Of a DNA stretch of 27,289 nt, positions 14,382-23,474 are shown one piece after another; the first letter of the stretch is position 1, and each line of letters opens with the position of its first letter. The notes under the pieces were generated by a model. It was given only the letters and a program-made list of their open reading frames with translations, made no database searches and was not told the DNA's origin. The position numbers and the translations under genes were made by a program. The DNA is from a virus (Duplodnaviria > Caudoviricetes). The stretch covers positions 1-27,289 of IMG/VR virus record IMGVR_UViG_3300015201_000009; one strand, given 5' to 3'.

Positions 14382-17092
14382 GTGCAGCTGAATCCTACGC
14401 CTCCTGGGTTCTGGACCCTGCCAACACTCACCGAACGGGGAGACTGATTAAGCTTGCAGCTCAACGGTTCTTCGATGATCTAAAGCGTGAAGACATTTAT
14501 TTCGACGAAGTGGAGGCGAACCGGATCTGTATTTTCGCTGAAAACTATTGCTGTCTATGGGAGGACAAGTGGCGCGGTAAGCCGGTAAAGTTGGAGCTCT
14601 GGCAGAAGTTTGCTTTGCAGAATATGTACGGCTGGTTTGTGAAATCTACCGGACTCCGAAGGTTTAAGAAAGGCTACATCCAGATCGCGAAGAAGAACGC
14701 GAAGGCACTTGACATTAACACACCAATTCCTACCCCGGATGGTTGGCGTAGAATGCTTGATATACAAGCCGGTGATTTTGTTTTTGGTGACGATGGAAAG
14801 GCAACACGAGTGAATTTTATATCGGAGTTAATGGAAAGAGATTCCTATGAGATTACTTTCCGTGGCGGGGATAAAATAATAGCATCAGGAGATCATCTAT
14901 GGAGGGCCAGAAATAATAAATGGAGATCCGAAAAAGGAGGCCGGCATTACTATTACAAAATTGTTGATACCAATTATATAGCAGAAAATTTTTTAGATAA
15001 AAAAGGTTTCCCGATTATTCATATTCAAAATGCTAAGGCAGTTGAATACCTTCATAAAAATCTTTTAATACCTCCTTACATCTTAGGCTGTTGGCTGGGC
15101 GACGGACACAGTAAATCGGCGAGGGTTACATTTAATGCGCTAGATTCGGAGCTTGTGACTAATATCCAGGCAGATGGATACTCTTTAACAAAGGGAGCAA
15201 AGGAAAAAAGTTCTAATGCTGTAACCTATAAATTAGGTGATTACAACGAATTACTATCCGGACTTAAGGCGTATAACCTTGTTAATAACAAACACATTCC
15301 GGAAGTTTATCTACAGTCCTCAATTGAACAAAGGTTCGAGTTATTGAAGGGGTTAATGGACACCGATGGGACAGCAACACCTCGCGGCCAGTGTATTTAT
15401 TGCACGATCAGAGAAGAGTTTGCTAAAGACGTTTTGGAACTTATCACAAGCCTTGGATTTAAAGCAACGCTTACGGATAAGGTTTCACGTTGTCAGACCG
15501 GTGCGATAGGTAAAGCTTATTATATTGGTTTCTTCCCTGACGTTCCGGTATTCAAGTTGAAACGAAAATTAGCCAGACAGAAAGAAAAAGTAAACCACAG
15601 ATCTCACCATAGAACGATAATAGATGTAAAGCCTGTAGGTAAAAGGTTAGTAAAATGCATTTCAGTAGATAACAGCTCACATCTATATCTAGCCGGGAAA
15701 CACTTTATACCAACCCACAACACGACTTTGGGCGGTGGTGTGATTGGAAACTTCCACCTGTTTGCAGACGAACGGATCAAGACGCCAAAGATATTCGTCG
15801 GGGCCAACAATGAGGATCAGGCTAAACTTTGCGTGAACATCACCGGGAAGGTTATCGAACAATCTCCAGCGCTGTATGAGTATGTGGAAGATGATTCTGT
15901 CAGACTGTTCCGGTACAAAGAGAACATTGTGAATATCGTTCACTCGGAGCGGGACGGGTTTATCAAAGCGTTATCGAAAGAAACAGGCGACCGTACTTCT
16001 AAAACTGCCGGGGGAAAGCATGGTATCAATCCGTCATTAGGGATCATTGACGAGTACGGGATGGCTCAGGATGATAATTTATTGAATACGATTGAGTCGG
16101 CTATGGCTGGACGCGAAGAGCCGTTTGTTTTGATCATCACTACTTCCGGGTTCTATTTACAGGGGCCGTGTCATGACAAGCTTCGAAAGATAGGTATCGC
16201 AGTCCTGGAAGGAACTATGACCGATGACAGTTACCTGGCTTTGATCTACGAGATCGACCCACCGACACCGGGAGAAATAACAGTCGATTGGTTGCTGGCG
16301 AATGAGAATGTTTGGGAACAAGCGAATCCGAATATTGATGTATCGGTGTTCAGAACTTTCTTGCGTGATCAATTGATAGCGGCGAAGAACGAAGGCGGCA
16401 GTAAAGAAGTGTCTGTGATGACGCTGAACTTTAACCGGTGGATGGAGTCGGCGGAGGTGTTTATACCGATCGACATTTGGAATACGAACAGCCACGAATC
16501 AAAGATAGAGGATGGAGAAGAGTGCTACGGCGGTCTATGGGTAGGAGCTTCAGGAGAGATCAGCGCGTTTGCTTTGATCTTTCCCGGTGAGATCGTAAAG
16601 ATAAAAATGTTATTTTGGATGGCGGAAGACAGTTTGAAAATGAACGACACCTTACGGCAGTACAAAGAATTTATAAAAGTAGATCCTGGTAACGTGGTGG
16701 ATAATGACATTGCAGTCGATTGGATTGTGGATATGGTCGGAAAGTACAACATGCATTCGTTCTGTTTCCCAAAACCCCAGGAGAACAACAGCATAATTCA
16801 GGATTTGATTAAGCTCGGATACGTAGGACAATCACTATCACAAGGGCTTGCAAGTCTGGCACAACCGACCGACCACTGGGAGAAGTTGATCAGATCAGGC
16901 AAAGCGGACCATTTCAACAACCCGGTTTTGAAGTGGATGAACAGTAACTGCATGGCGACCCGGAAGGAAGCTGGAACAAAGATCGACAACAATCCAAAAG
17001 TGTACGGTATATCAGCGTGTATCAATGCCGTTGCCCAGTGGGATTTGATCGACGCACAAGGAGGAAAAGAAATAGGAATTGTATTTATATGA
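14378..17092 (+). CDS. terL: terminase large subunit, intein-containing (565 aa after splicing)
   Basis: L..WQ.F, RRF, Walker A AKKNAK|TT, Walker B GIIDEY, IITTSG, W..ANP, H..NP.L.W. Confidence 0.95.
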   Translation: MSAAESYASWVLDPANTHRTGRLIKLAAQRFFDDLKREDIYFDEVEANRICIFAENYCCLWEDKWRGKPVKLELWQKFALQNMYGWFVKSTGLRRFKKGYIQIAKKNAKALDINTPIPTPDGWRRMLDIQAGDFVFGDDGKATRVNFISELMERDSYEITFRGGDKIIASGDHLWRARNNKWRSEKGGRHYYYKIVDTNYIAENFLDKKGFPIIHIQNAKAVEYLHKNLLIPPYILGCWLGDGHSKSARVTFNALDSELVTNIQADGYSLTKGAKEKSSNAVTYKLGDYNELLSGLKAYNLVNNKHIPEVYLQSSIEQRFELLKGLMDTDGTATPRGQCIYCTIREEFAKDVLELITSLGFKATLTDKVSRCQTGAIGKAYYIGFFPDVPVFKLKRKLARQKEKVNHRSHHRTIIDVKPVGKRLVKCISVDNSSHLYLAGKHFIPTHNTTLGGGVIGNFHLFADERIKTPKIFVGANNEDQAKLCVNITGKVIEQSPALYEYVEDDSVRLFRYKENIVNIVHSERDGFIKALSKETGDRTSKTAGGKHGINPSLGIIDEYGMAQDDNLLNTIESAMAGREEPFVLIITTSGFYLQGPCHDKLRKIGIAVLEGTMTDDSYLALIYEIDPPTPGEITVDWLLANENVWEQANPNIDVSVFRTFLRDQLIAAKNEGGSKEVSVMTLNFNRWMESAEVFIPIDIWNTNSHESKIEDGEECYGGLWVGASGEISAFALIFPGEIVKIKMLFWMAEDSLKMNDTLRQYKEFIKVDPGNVVDNDIAVDWIVDMVGKYNMHSFCFPKPQENNSIIQDLIKLGYVGQSLSQGLASLAQPTDHWEKLIRSGKADHFNNPVLKWMNSNCMATRKEAGTKIDNNPKVYGISACINAVAQWDLIDAQGGKEIGIVFI
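14705..15721 (+). mobile_element. class 3 intein with LAGLIDADG homing endonuclease (339 aa)
   Basis: Starts ALD..TPIPTPDGW, ends IPTHN/T; blocks LGCWLGDG and LKGLMDTDG; WCT triad. Confidence 0.92.
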
Positions 17093-17961
17093 CGTACGAC
17101 GAAGTTAATGACGATTTAGGGTCTGCCAAACCTTTCCGGGTAGTGGCAGCTCTAGCGGTATACGGAAGATTGCCACTACTCGAATACACTATTAAAAGAC
17201 TGTACCATAAGAACGGATGCGTAAAAGTAATCTGTTCAGGGGATCGGCCGGAAGACAAGGAGTTAGTCGAATCACTTGGAGCGGTTTGGGTTGAACATCC
17301 TAACAGACATTTAGGCCAGAAGTGGAACGCAAGTTTTAAAGCGGCTGAAAACTATGATCCTGATGCTTGTGTATTCGTTGGTTCGTCGGATTGGATCTCA
17401 GATAATTGGTTTCGTGTCATGCGCCCATACGTTGAGCAGCATGAATTTGCCGGGGTTGCGGGGTGTTCGCTGGTTGATATGGCTGAAGAAGTACGTTTGG
17501 TACACTGGAAAGGCTACAAAGGATGGCGCAGGGAGCGCGCAGATGAGACTATCGGCAGTGGCCGGATGCTATCTCGAAAGCTACTTAAAGCCCTAGCCTG
17601 GCAACCGTTTAAGGCTAATTTGAATAACTCATTGGACCACAGCATGAAGGCAAGAGCTAAAGAATGTGGGTATAATGACTTTATGGTACACGACGAAAGT
17701 TTAAAATCTCTTTCACTATCCACTCCGTTGTGGGCTAATAAACATAAGTTCGAGAGCCATTGGAGCGGAGTAATCCCAAGTATAAAGACAGAACCAGAGC
17801 CCTTTTTAAGTACGTATTTTCCAGAAACCAAACCTTTAAGCCAGAAAATTTATGAAGAAATCATTAACGCAAGAACTATCCGAGAAAGTGGAGCAATTGC
17901 GGAAGCCAACACAATGCAGGACATGTCTATTCGACTCATCAATAGCCAAAATAGAATCTGA
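17089..17961 (+). CDS. GT-A fold glycosyltransferase-like protein
   Basis: AVYGR...N..LG.KWN...VGSSDW; start MTYDE overlaps terL stop. Confidence 0.7.
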   Translation: MTYDEVNDDLGSAKPFRVVAALAVYGRLPLLEYTIKRLYHKNGCVKVICSGDRPEDKELVESLGAVWVEHPNRHLGQKWNASFKAAENYDPDACVFVGSSDWISDNWFRVMRPYVEQHEFAGVAGCSLVDMAEEVRLVHWKGYKGWRRERADETIGSGRMLSRKLLKALAWQPFKANLNNSLDHSMKARAKECGYNDFMVHDESLKSLSLSTPLWANKHKFESHWSGVIPSIKTEPEPFLSTYFPETKPLSQKIYEEIINARTIRESGAIAEANTMQDMSIRLINSQNRI

Positions 17962-18976
17962 CGGTGAATGTTCTTATTGTAAGCTACAGGAGAGCCAACG
18001 CAACCAAGCGCGAGAGCCGTGGGAAAAAGTTTTAGCGCGGATAAAAAGAAAGGGCGAGGGAAGGAAGTACGACTGTTTAATCGGTATTAGTGGTGGCGAG
18101 GATTCAAGCGTACTCCTTTACCTTGCTGTTAAGGTTTGGAATTTACGGGTGTTGGTTTTACACATTAATAACCGCACGAACATGCCTGAAGCGACAAATA
18201 ACATTCGTGTACTTCGAGATAATTTAAATGTGAACTTCATTGAATACTTTCCGGCTAAACAGGAGTACGACGAACTAACGGACAGCCTACTGAAGGCAGG
18301 AGTACAAGACGCAGATTTGGCAAATGACGTACACATGGCTAAACTTACTTTTAAGTTTGCCAAAGACAACGGAATAAAAACAACCTTAAACGGCCATAGC
18401 TTCAGAGAAGAAGGAAGTAGCCCAAAGGCTTGGAGCTTTCTTGACACAACGTACCTGCTGGATATTTATAAACGATTCACGCATAAAGATTTGTATTACT
18501 ACGAAGTTCTAACCTTGTGGGATCAGATACACGCTGGGCTTATCGGGATGGATCGGGTCAGCCCGTACCATTACGCCGACCATAACAGAGCACAGATTTT
18601 AAAAGAACTTAAAGCGCTGGGCTGGCAATCCTACGGCGCAAAACACGGAGAGAATATTTACACTATGTTCGTGGGTAATTACCTTCTCCCTAGAAAGTTT
18701 AAAATTGATAAAAGAAAAACTTATTTGAGTGCAGCTATCAGAGAAAAGCGAATGACGAAAAAAGAAGCTGAAGAGATTTTAAAAACGCCTTCTGAATTTG
18801 ATCTAAATCTACTTGGAGATCGTAAGGATCATATTTTAAGACTTGCCAACCTGTCTCCGATCCGTCCACGAAGCGAGTACAAGCAGACGAACTATAAAAA
18901 GTTACGACTCTTATTTCTGATTCTCTGGAAGTTAGGCGTGACCCCGGAAAGTGTTTATAAAAAGTATTGCAAATGA
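17852..18976 (+). CDS. N-acetyl sugar amidotransferase-like (WbuX/WbpG/PseA type, PP-loop)
   Basis: C..C..D...G.C..C, YDCLIGISGGEDSS, LGW..YG.KH.E, KF.IDKR. Confidence 0.85.
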   Translation: MKKSLTQELSEKVEQLRKPTQCRTCLFDSSIAKIESDGECSYCKLQESQRNQAREPWEKVLARIKRKGEGRKYDCLIGISGGEDSSVLLYLAVKVWNLRVLVLHINNRTNMPEATNNIRVLRDNLNVNFIEYFPAKQEYDELTDSLLKAGVQDADLANDVHMAKLTFKFAKDNGIKTTLNGHSFREEGSSPKAWSFLDTTYLLDIYKRFTHKDLYYYEVLTLWDQIHAGLIGMDRVSPYHYADHNRAQILKELKALGWQSYGAKHGENIYTMFVGNYLLPRKFKIDKRKTYLSAAIREKRMTKKEAEEILKTPSEFDLNLLGDRKDHILRLANLSPIRPRSEYKQTNYKKLRLLFLILWKLGVTPESVYKKYCK

Positions 18977-19494
18977 AATACACTGAAGAGGAACGGCTGG
19001 CCTTTGCGCGAAGTCATAGGTATAAATTAGCTGAAAATATTATTGGTGACGGTGTAATAATACACTATACCGCTGTTGTTGGTGGTGACGGATTCGGATT
19101 TGTGAGGGATGAGAATAAGAAATTGATAGAGATGCCGCATGCTGGTAGGGTTGTAATTGAAGATGATGTTTTAATAAGGGCTTTTGTTACAATCGACAGA
19201 GGTGTTGTCGAAGACACCGTAATTGGTGAAGGTACACGTATCGACCACCATACTCATGTGGCCCATAACGCAAAGATTGGAAAGCACAACACGTTTGCCA
19301 ACGGATGTATCATTGAAGGAAGCTGCGAGGTTGGTGATTATAACACTTTTGGCGCTGGGGTCATTGTTCAGACAAAAGTCAAAATAGGAAATAATTGCCG
19401 TTTCGGTAGTGGGGCAGTCGTCGTAAAAGACGTTGCTGACAACTCAGTTATGGTGGGGAATCCAGCAATGTGGATCAGAGAAAATAAAACTTAG
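18973..19494 (+). CDS. hexapeptide-repeat N-acyltransferase (LpxD C-terminal-like)
   Basis: GGDGFGF, H.G.V.IEDDV, TIDRG, VAHN, GNPA. Confidence 0.85.
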   Translation: MKYTEEERLAFARSHRYKLAENIIGDGVIIHYTAVVGGDGFGFVRDENKKLIEMPHAGRVVIEDDVLIRAFVTIDRGVVEDTVIGEGTRIDHHTHVAHNAKIGKHNTFANGCIIEGSCEVGDYNTFGAGVIVQTKVKIGNNCRFGSGAVVVKDVADNSVMVGNPAMWIRENKT

Positions 19495-19510
19495 GCACGA
19501 TTTTATCCGT

Positions 19511-19518
19511 TATATTTG
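19511..19518 (+). promoter_or_regulatory. Bacteroidota -7 promoter element
   Basis: TATATTTG exact TAnnTTTG in an intergenic position. Confidence 0.55.
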
Positions 19519-19524
19519 TTTAGA

Positions 19525-19608
19525 ATTCCGCAACTACACGCGAAGAAATGAGCTTCGGCCTGGTCGAAAGACTGTAGCACAACCCCTGGAAGGGGGCCTA
19601 GATCTCAT
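19525..19608 (+). ncRNA. candidate small structured RNA
   Basis: Lies between promoter and terminator; ATGAG/CTCAT and GGCC/GGCC stems enclose a GAAA hairpin and a C/G hairpin. Confidence 0.45.
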
Positions 19609-19634
19609 AAGCCTGGTTAACGCCGGGCTTTTTT
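19609..19634 (+). terminator. intrinsic terminator
   Basis: AAGCCTGG-TTAACG-CCGGGCTT plus T run. Confidence 0.8.
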
Positions 19635-19813
19635 CATTTACGGCGCTTTCTTTCGTTTCTTTTTCGGAAACTATCATAAGACGGGAACGCCTGCAAATTA
19701 TACTTATCTTCGAACTTCTTAGAGGCTGACTCAAAAGCAGAAGGGTTAGACCTAGCCTCCCTTAATTCTCTAAAAAACTCTTCACTGAACGCATCAAAGA
19801 CGGATTTTGCCAT
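19634..19813 (-). CDS. small basic protein (59 aa), opposite strand to the late operon
   Basis: Manually translated MAKSVFDAFSEEFF...SYDSFRKRNERKRRK. Confidence 0.6.
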   Translation of the reverse strand: MAKSVFDAFSEEFFRELREARSNPSAFESASKKFEDKYNLQAFPSYDSFRKRNERKRRK

Positions 19814-19899
19814 TTAAGCTTCTAAAGTTTTACTAATGTAGAACGTTTTGGACAAACGTCCACGTATATCTTGTGTAAAATTTCCTCATTCGCGTGTAA

Positions 19900-21267
19900 A
19901 TGGGGTTAAAAAGTCTACTTCGGAATTATGTTTTAGATGAAGCCGAGCAGCGACATCTCGCATATCTCACGCAAATACAAGGCGGGGCGATCACCGGTAA
20001 CTACCCATACATCCAGGCTTTAAACAACCTTGGCACTTACACGCCTGGGATAGATTACGACATCAGCACAGGGTCAGCGATGCGTATTTCAACGGTTTTT
20101 ATCTGCGTTCTGGTAAGATCGGAAGCTCTTTCTACACTACCGGTAAGTGTGATGCAGAGCACGCCAGAAGGCTCCAGAGTAGCTTATAACAATCCGGTTT
20201 ATCAGTTAGTGCACAACAAGCCAAACCCATTTCAGACAGCCTCAGGCTTTTGGAAATCGGTCTGTGCTCACATAGACATTTACGGAAACTGTTTCGCGAT
20301 AGTAAGTTACTCAGGAAGATTTCAGCCGGTCAGAATTGACTTGGTAGAAGATCCGTGCTCCGTTCAAATACTCAAGTCAGAAACCGGAAAAGCTATCTAT
20401 GAGCTGGACGGTAAAAGGTATCAGGATTACGAGATGTTACATTTCAAGGATTTGTCTTTGGATGGTTATTACGGCTGCTCAAAGATCAAATACAATGCCT
20501 CAACGGTAAACTACGCTGGCAAACTCAGAACATTCGGGACCAACGCCATCGGTACAAAACCTCCTGGGTATTTCACAACAGAGCAAGGCTATGACGCGGT
20601 AAAGAAGCAAGAAGACAATCTGGGTAAATCGTGGAGTGAAAATATCGCTTTAGGTAAAACGCCGCTTCTTCCTTTCGGGCTGAAGTACATGAACCTTCAA
20701 ATCTCCCCAGGTGACGCGCAATATCTTGACGCCATCGGAGCAACCAAAGAAGACATCTACGGTATTTTCCGGGTGCCTCCTACACTTGCACAGAACTACG
20801 AACGGGCAACTTTTGCAAATGCTGAACAGCAAGATTTAGTTTTTGTAAAGCATACGATGCTGCCGATCATAACTAACATCGAACAGGAATGTAATGCAAA
20901 ACTTTTCGCTGAAGGAAACGCTACATCAGAAAAACCTTACTACATAAAATTCAATGTAAACGCTTTCATGCGCGGTGATTTCGCGACACGAACTACAGGT
21001 TATAAAACACTTTGGGAACGCGGTCTTATCACCGGTAATCAAGTGGCAGACCTGGAAGATTGGAATCATTTCGAAGGCGGCGACCGTCGTTTTGTTCCAA
21101 TGAACATGATACCACTCGATAAAGTGGATGAGTTTATCGAAAAACTTACGGCCCCGGTAGATTCTAACGCCGGGAATGAAGGTGGTGATCCTGAGTCAAG
21201 CGCCAGAAGTGAACTTTTTCAAGGAATAAAATTTAAGAACGGACATAAAGTAAACGGCCATGCCTGA
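19900..21267 (+). CDS. portal protein (HK97 family)
   Basis: L...PN.FQT...F, GN.F, MLHFK, DAQ.L, I..IF.VPP, E.E.N.KL. Confidence 0.95.
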   Translation: MGLKSLLRNYVLDEAEQRHLAYLTQIQGGAITGNYPYIQALNNLGTYTPGIDYDISTGSAMRISTVFICVLVRSEALSTLPVSVMQSTPEGSRVAYNNPVYQLVHNKPNPFQTASGFWKSVCAHIDIYGNCFAIVSYSGRFQPVRIDLVEDPCSVQILKSETGKAIYELDGKRYQDYEMLHFKDLSLDGYYGCSKIKYNASTVNYAGKLRTFGTNAIGTKPPGYFTTEQGYDAVKKQEDNLGKSWSENIALGKTPLLPFGLKYMNLQISPGDAQYLDAIGATKEDIYGIFRVPPTLAQNYERATFANAEQQDLVFVKHTMLPIITNIEQECNAKLFAEGNATSEKPYYIKFNVNAFMRGDFATRTTGYKTLWERGLITGNQVADLEDWNHFEGGDRRFVPMNMIPLDKVDEFIEKLTAPVDSNAGNEGGDPESSARSELFQGIKFKNGHKVNGHA

Positions 21268-21841
21268 TTACATACAAAACATTGACGAAGCGGAGCGCCG
21301 GATGATTTCGGAGCCTGTAGAAGTTAGAGAAGAAGGAGATGAAAAATTCATCGAAGGATACGCTTTTGTATTCGGTGCCACTGCTGACCTGGGAGGATTT
21401 ACCGAAGAGATCGCGGTAGGGGCTGCTGACGGAGTAATGAATGATGATGTGCGCGGACTTCTAAACCATGAACCAAACATTGTACTTGGACGGACCAAGT
21501 CAGGGACGATGCAATTGTCACTTGACGCAAGGGGATTGAAGTACAGAATAAAATATAACCCGAATGATCCTGACCACGTGAGCGCACGCGAGAAGATAAT
21601 GCGCGGGGATATTTCACAAAGCTCTTTTGCTTTCAGAATCAAGGATGATAAATGGGAAGTCAGAAACGGAAAGGATCATAGGACTATTATAAAGCTTCAA
21701 AGACTTATTGATGTCTCTCCGGTGACTTATCCAGCCTACCCAGACGCGACGGTAGCGGCAAGATCACTCTCTAAAATAACCAATAATAAAAAGGACTTGG
21801 CTGAAATGGATCTACAGATCATGAGGCAAGAATTAAACTAA
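21260..21841 (+). CDS. prohead protease (HK97 family)
   Basis: IEGYA.VF, LNH, LGRT.SGT, SFAF, DVSPVTYPAY. Confidence 0.95.
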   Translation: MPDYIQNIDEAERRMISEPVEVREEGDEKFIEGYAFVFGATADLGGFTEEIAVGAADGVMNDDVRGLLNHEPNIVLGRTKSGTMQLSLDARGLKYRIKYNPNDPDHVSAREKIMRGDISQSSFAFRIKDDKWEVRNGKDHRTIIKLQRLIDVSPVTYPAYPDATVAARSLSKITNNKKDLAEMDLQIMRQELN

Positions 21842-21848
21842 AACAGCA

Positions 21849-23108
21849 ATGAACAGATTAAAACATCTTAAAGAACAACGCGCTGCCAAGGAGCTAAGAA
21901 TGAAAGCTATCATGGATCTGTGCGCAACCGAAAACCGTAACCGTAGCGAACAAGAAAAAACGGAATGGCAAACCCTCAAATCTGAGGTTGACGCAATGCG
22001 TGATGAAATTTCAGCCCTTGAAGAACAAGAATTGATTGACGCACGCAGCGCGAAGCCTGTAGCTAAACCTGATGCAGCAAAACCAGTGAAAACTGACGAG
22101 CCTATCTCTATGCGCGATCAAATCCAAGCATGGAAAGATGCAAACCAGGAAGTTATCGACCTGGTGAGAACAAAAACAGAGCAACGTAACATCCCAGCTT
22201 TAGAGCTTCGGGCTGTTGCTGACTTAACACTCGCAAAGCTTAACGCTGGCGGGTCTGCTTTCCTTCCGAACGCTGGTGTACTTCCTGGCATTAATGATCT
22301 TGTCAGAACACAGCCAACATTCTGGAATCGTCTTACAAAAGGACGCACAACCCTGAATCCATTAGTGTGGATCAACAAAGTAAACAAAGAAGGAGCGGCG
22401 AACTTCATCGGTGAAGGTGTTCTGAAACCACAAGTATCTTTCGAGCTTGCTACGCAGGTATCTACTCCTAAAAAAGTAGCTGAACGGATGCGTATTTCTA
22501 CTGAAATGCTGAACGACGTTCCGGGTATGGAATCTTTGATCCGTAATGAAATGATTTACGAGATCGAGAAGCACGCGAACGACTCTGTACTGACAGCTAC
22601 GGCTTCAGCGACAGACCCTGCCGGTATTACTACGCTGGCGAGTGCGTTCTCATTGACAACCATTGAAGCTGGTACAGCGCCTACATACGCTGACGCTATC
22701 CGCGCAGCTATCGCACAGCTTCAGTCTTTGAACTTCACTGATAACCTGGCTGCTTTCATCAATCCTATTGATGCGGCAAACATGGATCTTTCAAAGAGCT
22801 CAGATGATGGACATTATTTGTTACCTCCTTTCGTGTCAGCCAACGGGATGGTGGTATCCGGAGTACCGGTTTATGTTGACAACAACATCACTGTCGGAAA
22901 TCTTTTGATTGGCGATATGACCAAGTATAAAATTTGGATGTATGAAAATCTTACGGTTCGTTTCGGTCTTGACGGAAATGACTTCTCTGAAAACATGGTT
23001 ACAGTGATCGCAGAAATGAGATTCCACCAGACTTTCAGCACGAACCATACCGGCGCGTTCATCTATGACTCGTTCGCCGACATCGTAGCAGCAATAACAA
23101 CAACGTAA
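21849..23108 (+). CDS. major capsid protein (HK97 fold with delta domain)
   Basis: Coiled-coil N-terminus, EG..KP, IS.EML.D, G.PV, GD, F..N.V...AE.R. Confidence 0.93.
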   Translation: MNRLKHLKEQRAAKELRMKAIMDLCATENRNRSEQEKTEWQTLKSEVDAMRDEISALEEQELIDARSAKPVAKPDAAKPVKTDEPISMRDQIQAWKDANQEVIDLVRTKTEQRNIPALELRAVADLTLAKLNAGGSAFLPNAGVLPGINDLVRTQPTFWNRLTKGRTTLNPLVWINKVNKEGAANFIGEGVLKPQVSFELATQVSTPKKVAERMRISTEMLNDVPGMESLIRNEMIYEIEKHANDSVLTATASATDPAGITTLASAFSLTTIEAGTAPTYADAIRAAIAQLQSLNFTDNLAAFINPIDAANMDLSKSSDDGHYLLPPFVSANGMVVSGVPVYVDNNITVGNLLIGDMTKYKIWMYENLTVRFGLDGNDFSENMVTVIAEMRFHQTFSTNHTGAFIYDSFADIVAAITTT

Positions 23109-23109
23109 T

Positions 23110-23286
23110 ATGGAAGCAGTAGTAAAATCAACAAAACGGTTTATCCCAGCAGCGGGACCGGTGAGTCTTAAAAAAGATGTTGAACAAGTGGCAACCCTGA
23201 AGCACCCGACACGGGTAGAGGGTGAACGCTTTAAGACTACCAAGGCACTGGCTGACATGAACAAAGCCAACGGCTGGGCAAAGTAA
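23110..23286 (+). CDS. small virion-associated protein (58 aa)
   Basis: Manually translated MEAVVKST...ANGWAK directly after the capsid gene. Confidence 0.6.
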   Translation: MEAVVKSTKRFIPAAGPVSLKKDVEQVATLKHPTRVEGERFKTTKALADMNKANGWAK

Positions 23287-23474
23287 TGCTGATCCGAATA
23301 TTAGAAGATGGGGTGTATTTCAAAAAGGGACTTCAACGAGTCTCTAGTGAAATCGCCCTAGAACTAATATCCAAAGGCATCGCGGTAAAGGTGAGTGAAA
23401 ACGCTTTAGATAAACAAGCTCATGATAGTCTTAACGACGCAAAGGCCAGAGATAATCAGCAGAATACAAACTGA
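23286..23474 (+). CDS. small virion-associated protein
   Basis: A..LI.KG.A motif; TAATG coupling. Confidence 0.6.
   Translation: MLIRILEDGVYFKKGLQRVSSEIALELISKGIAVKVSENALDKQAHDSLNDAKARDNQQNTN

Noticed and set aside
19525-19608. Hammerhead ribozyme or tRNA
   Set aside because: No CUGANGA core and no T-loop or acceptor stem
19433-19734. ORF-track ORFs 19433..19729 (+) and 19534..19734 (-)
   Set aside because: Cross a terminator, have non-ATG starts and no motifs; 19634..19813 (-) is more plausible
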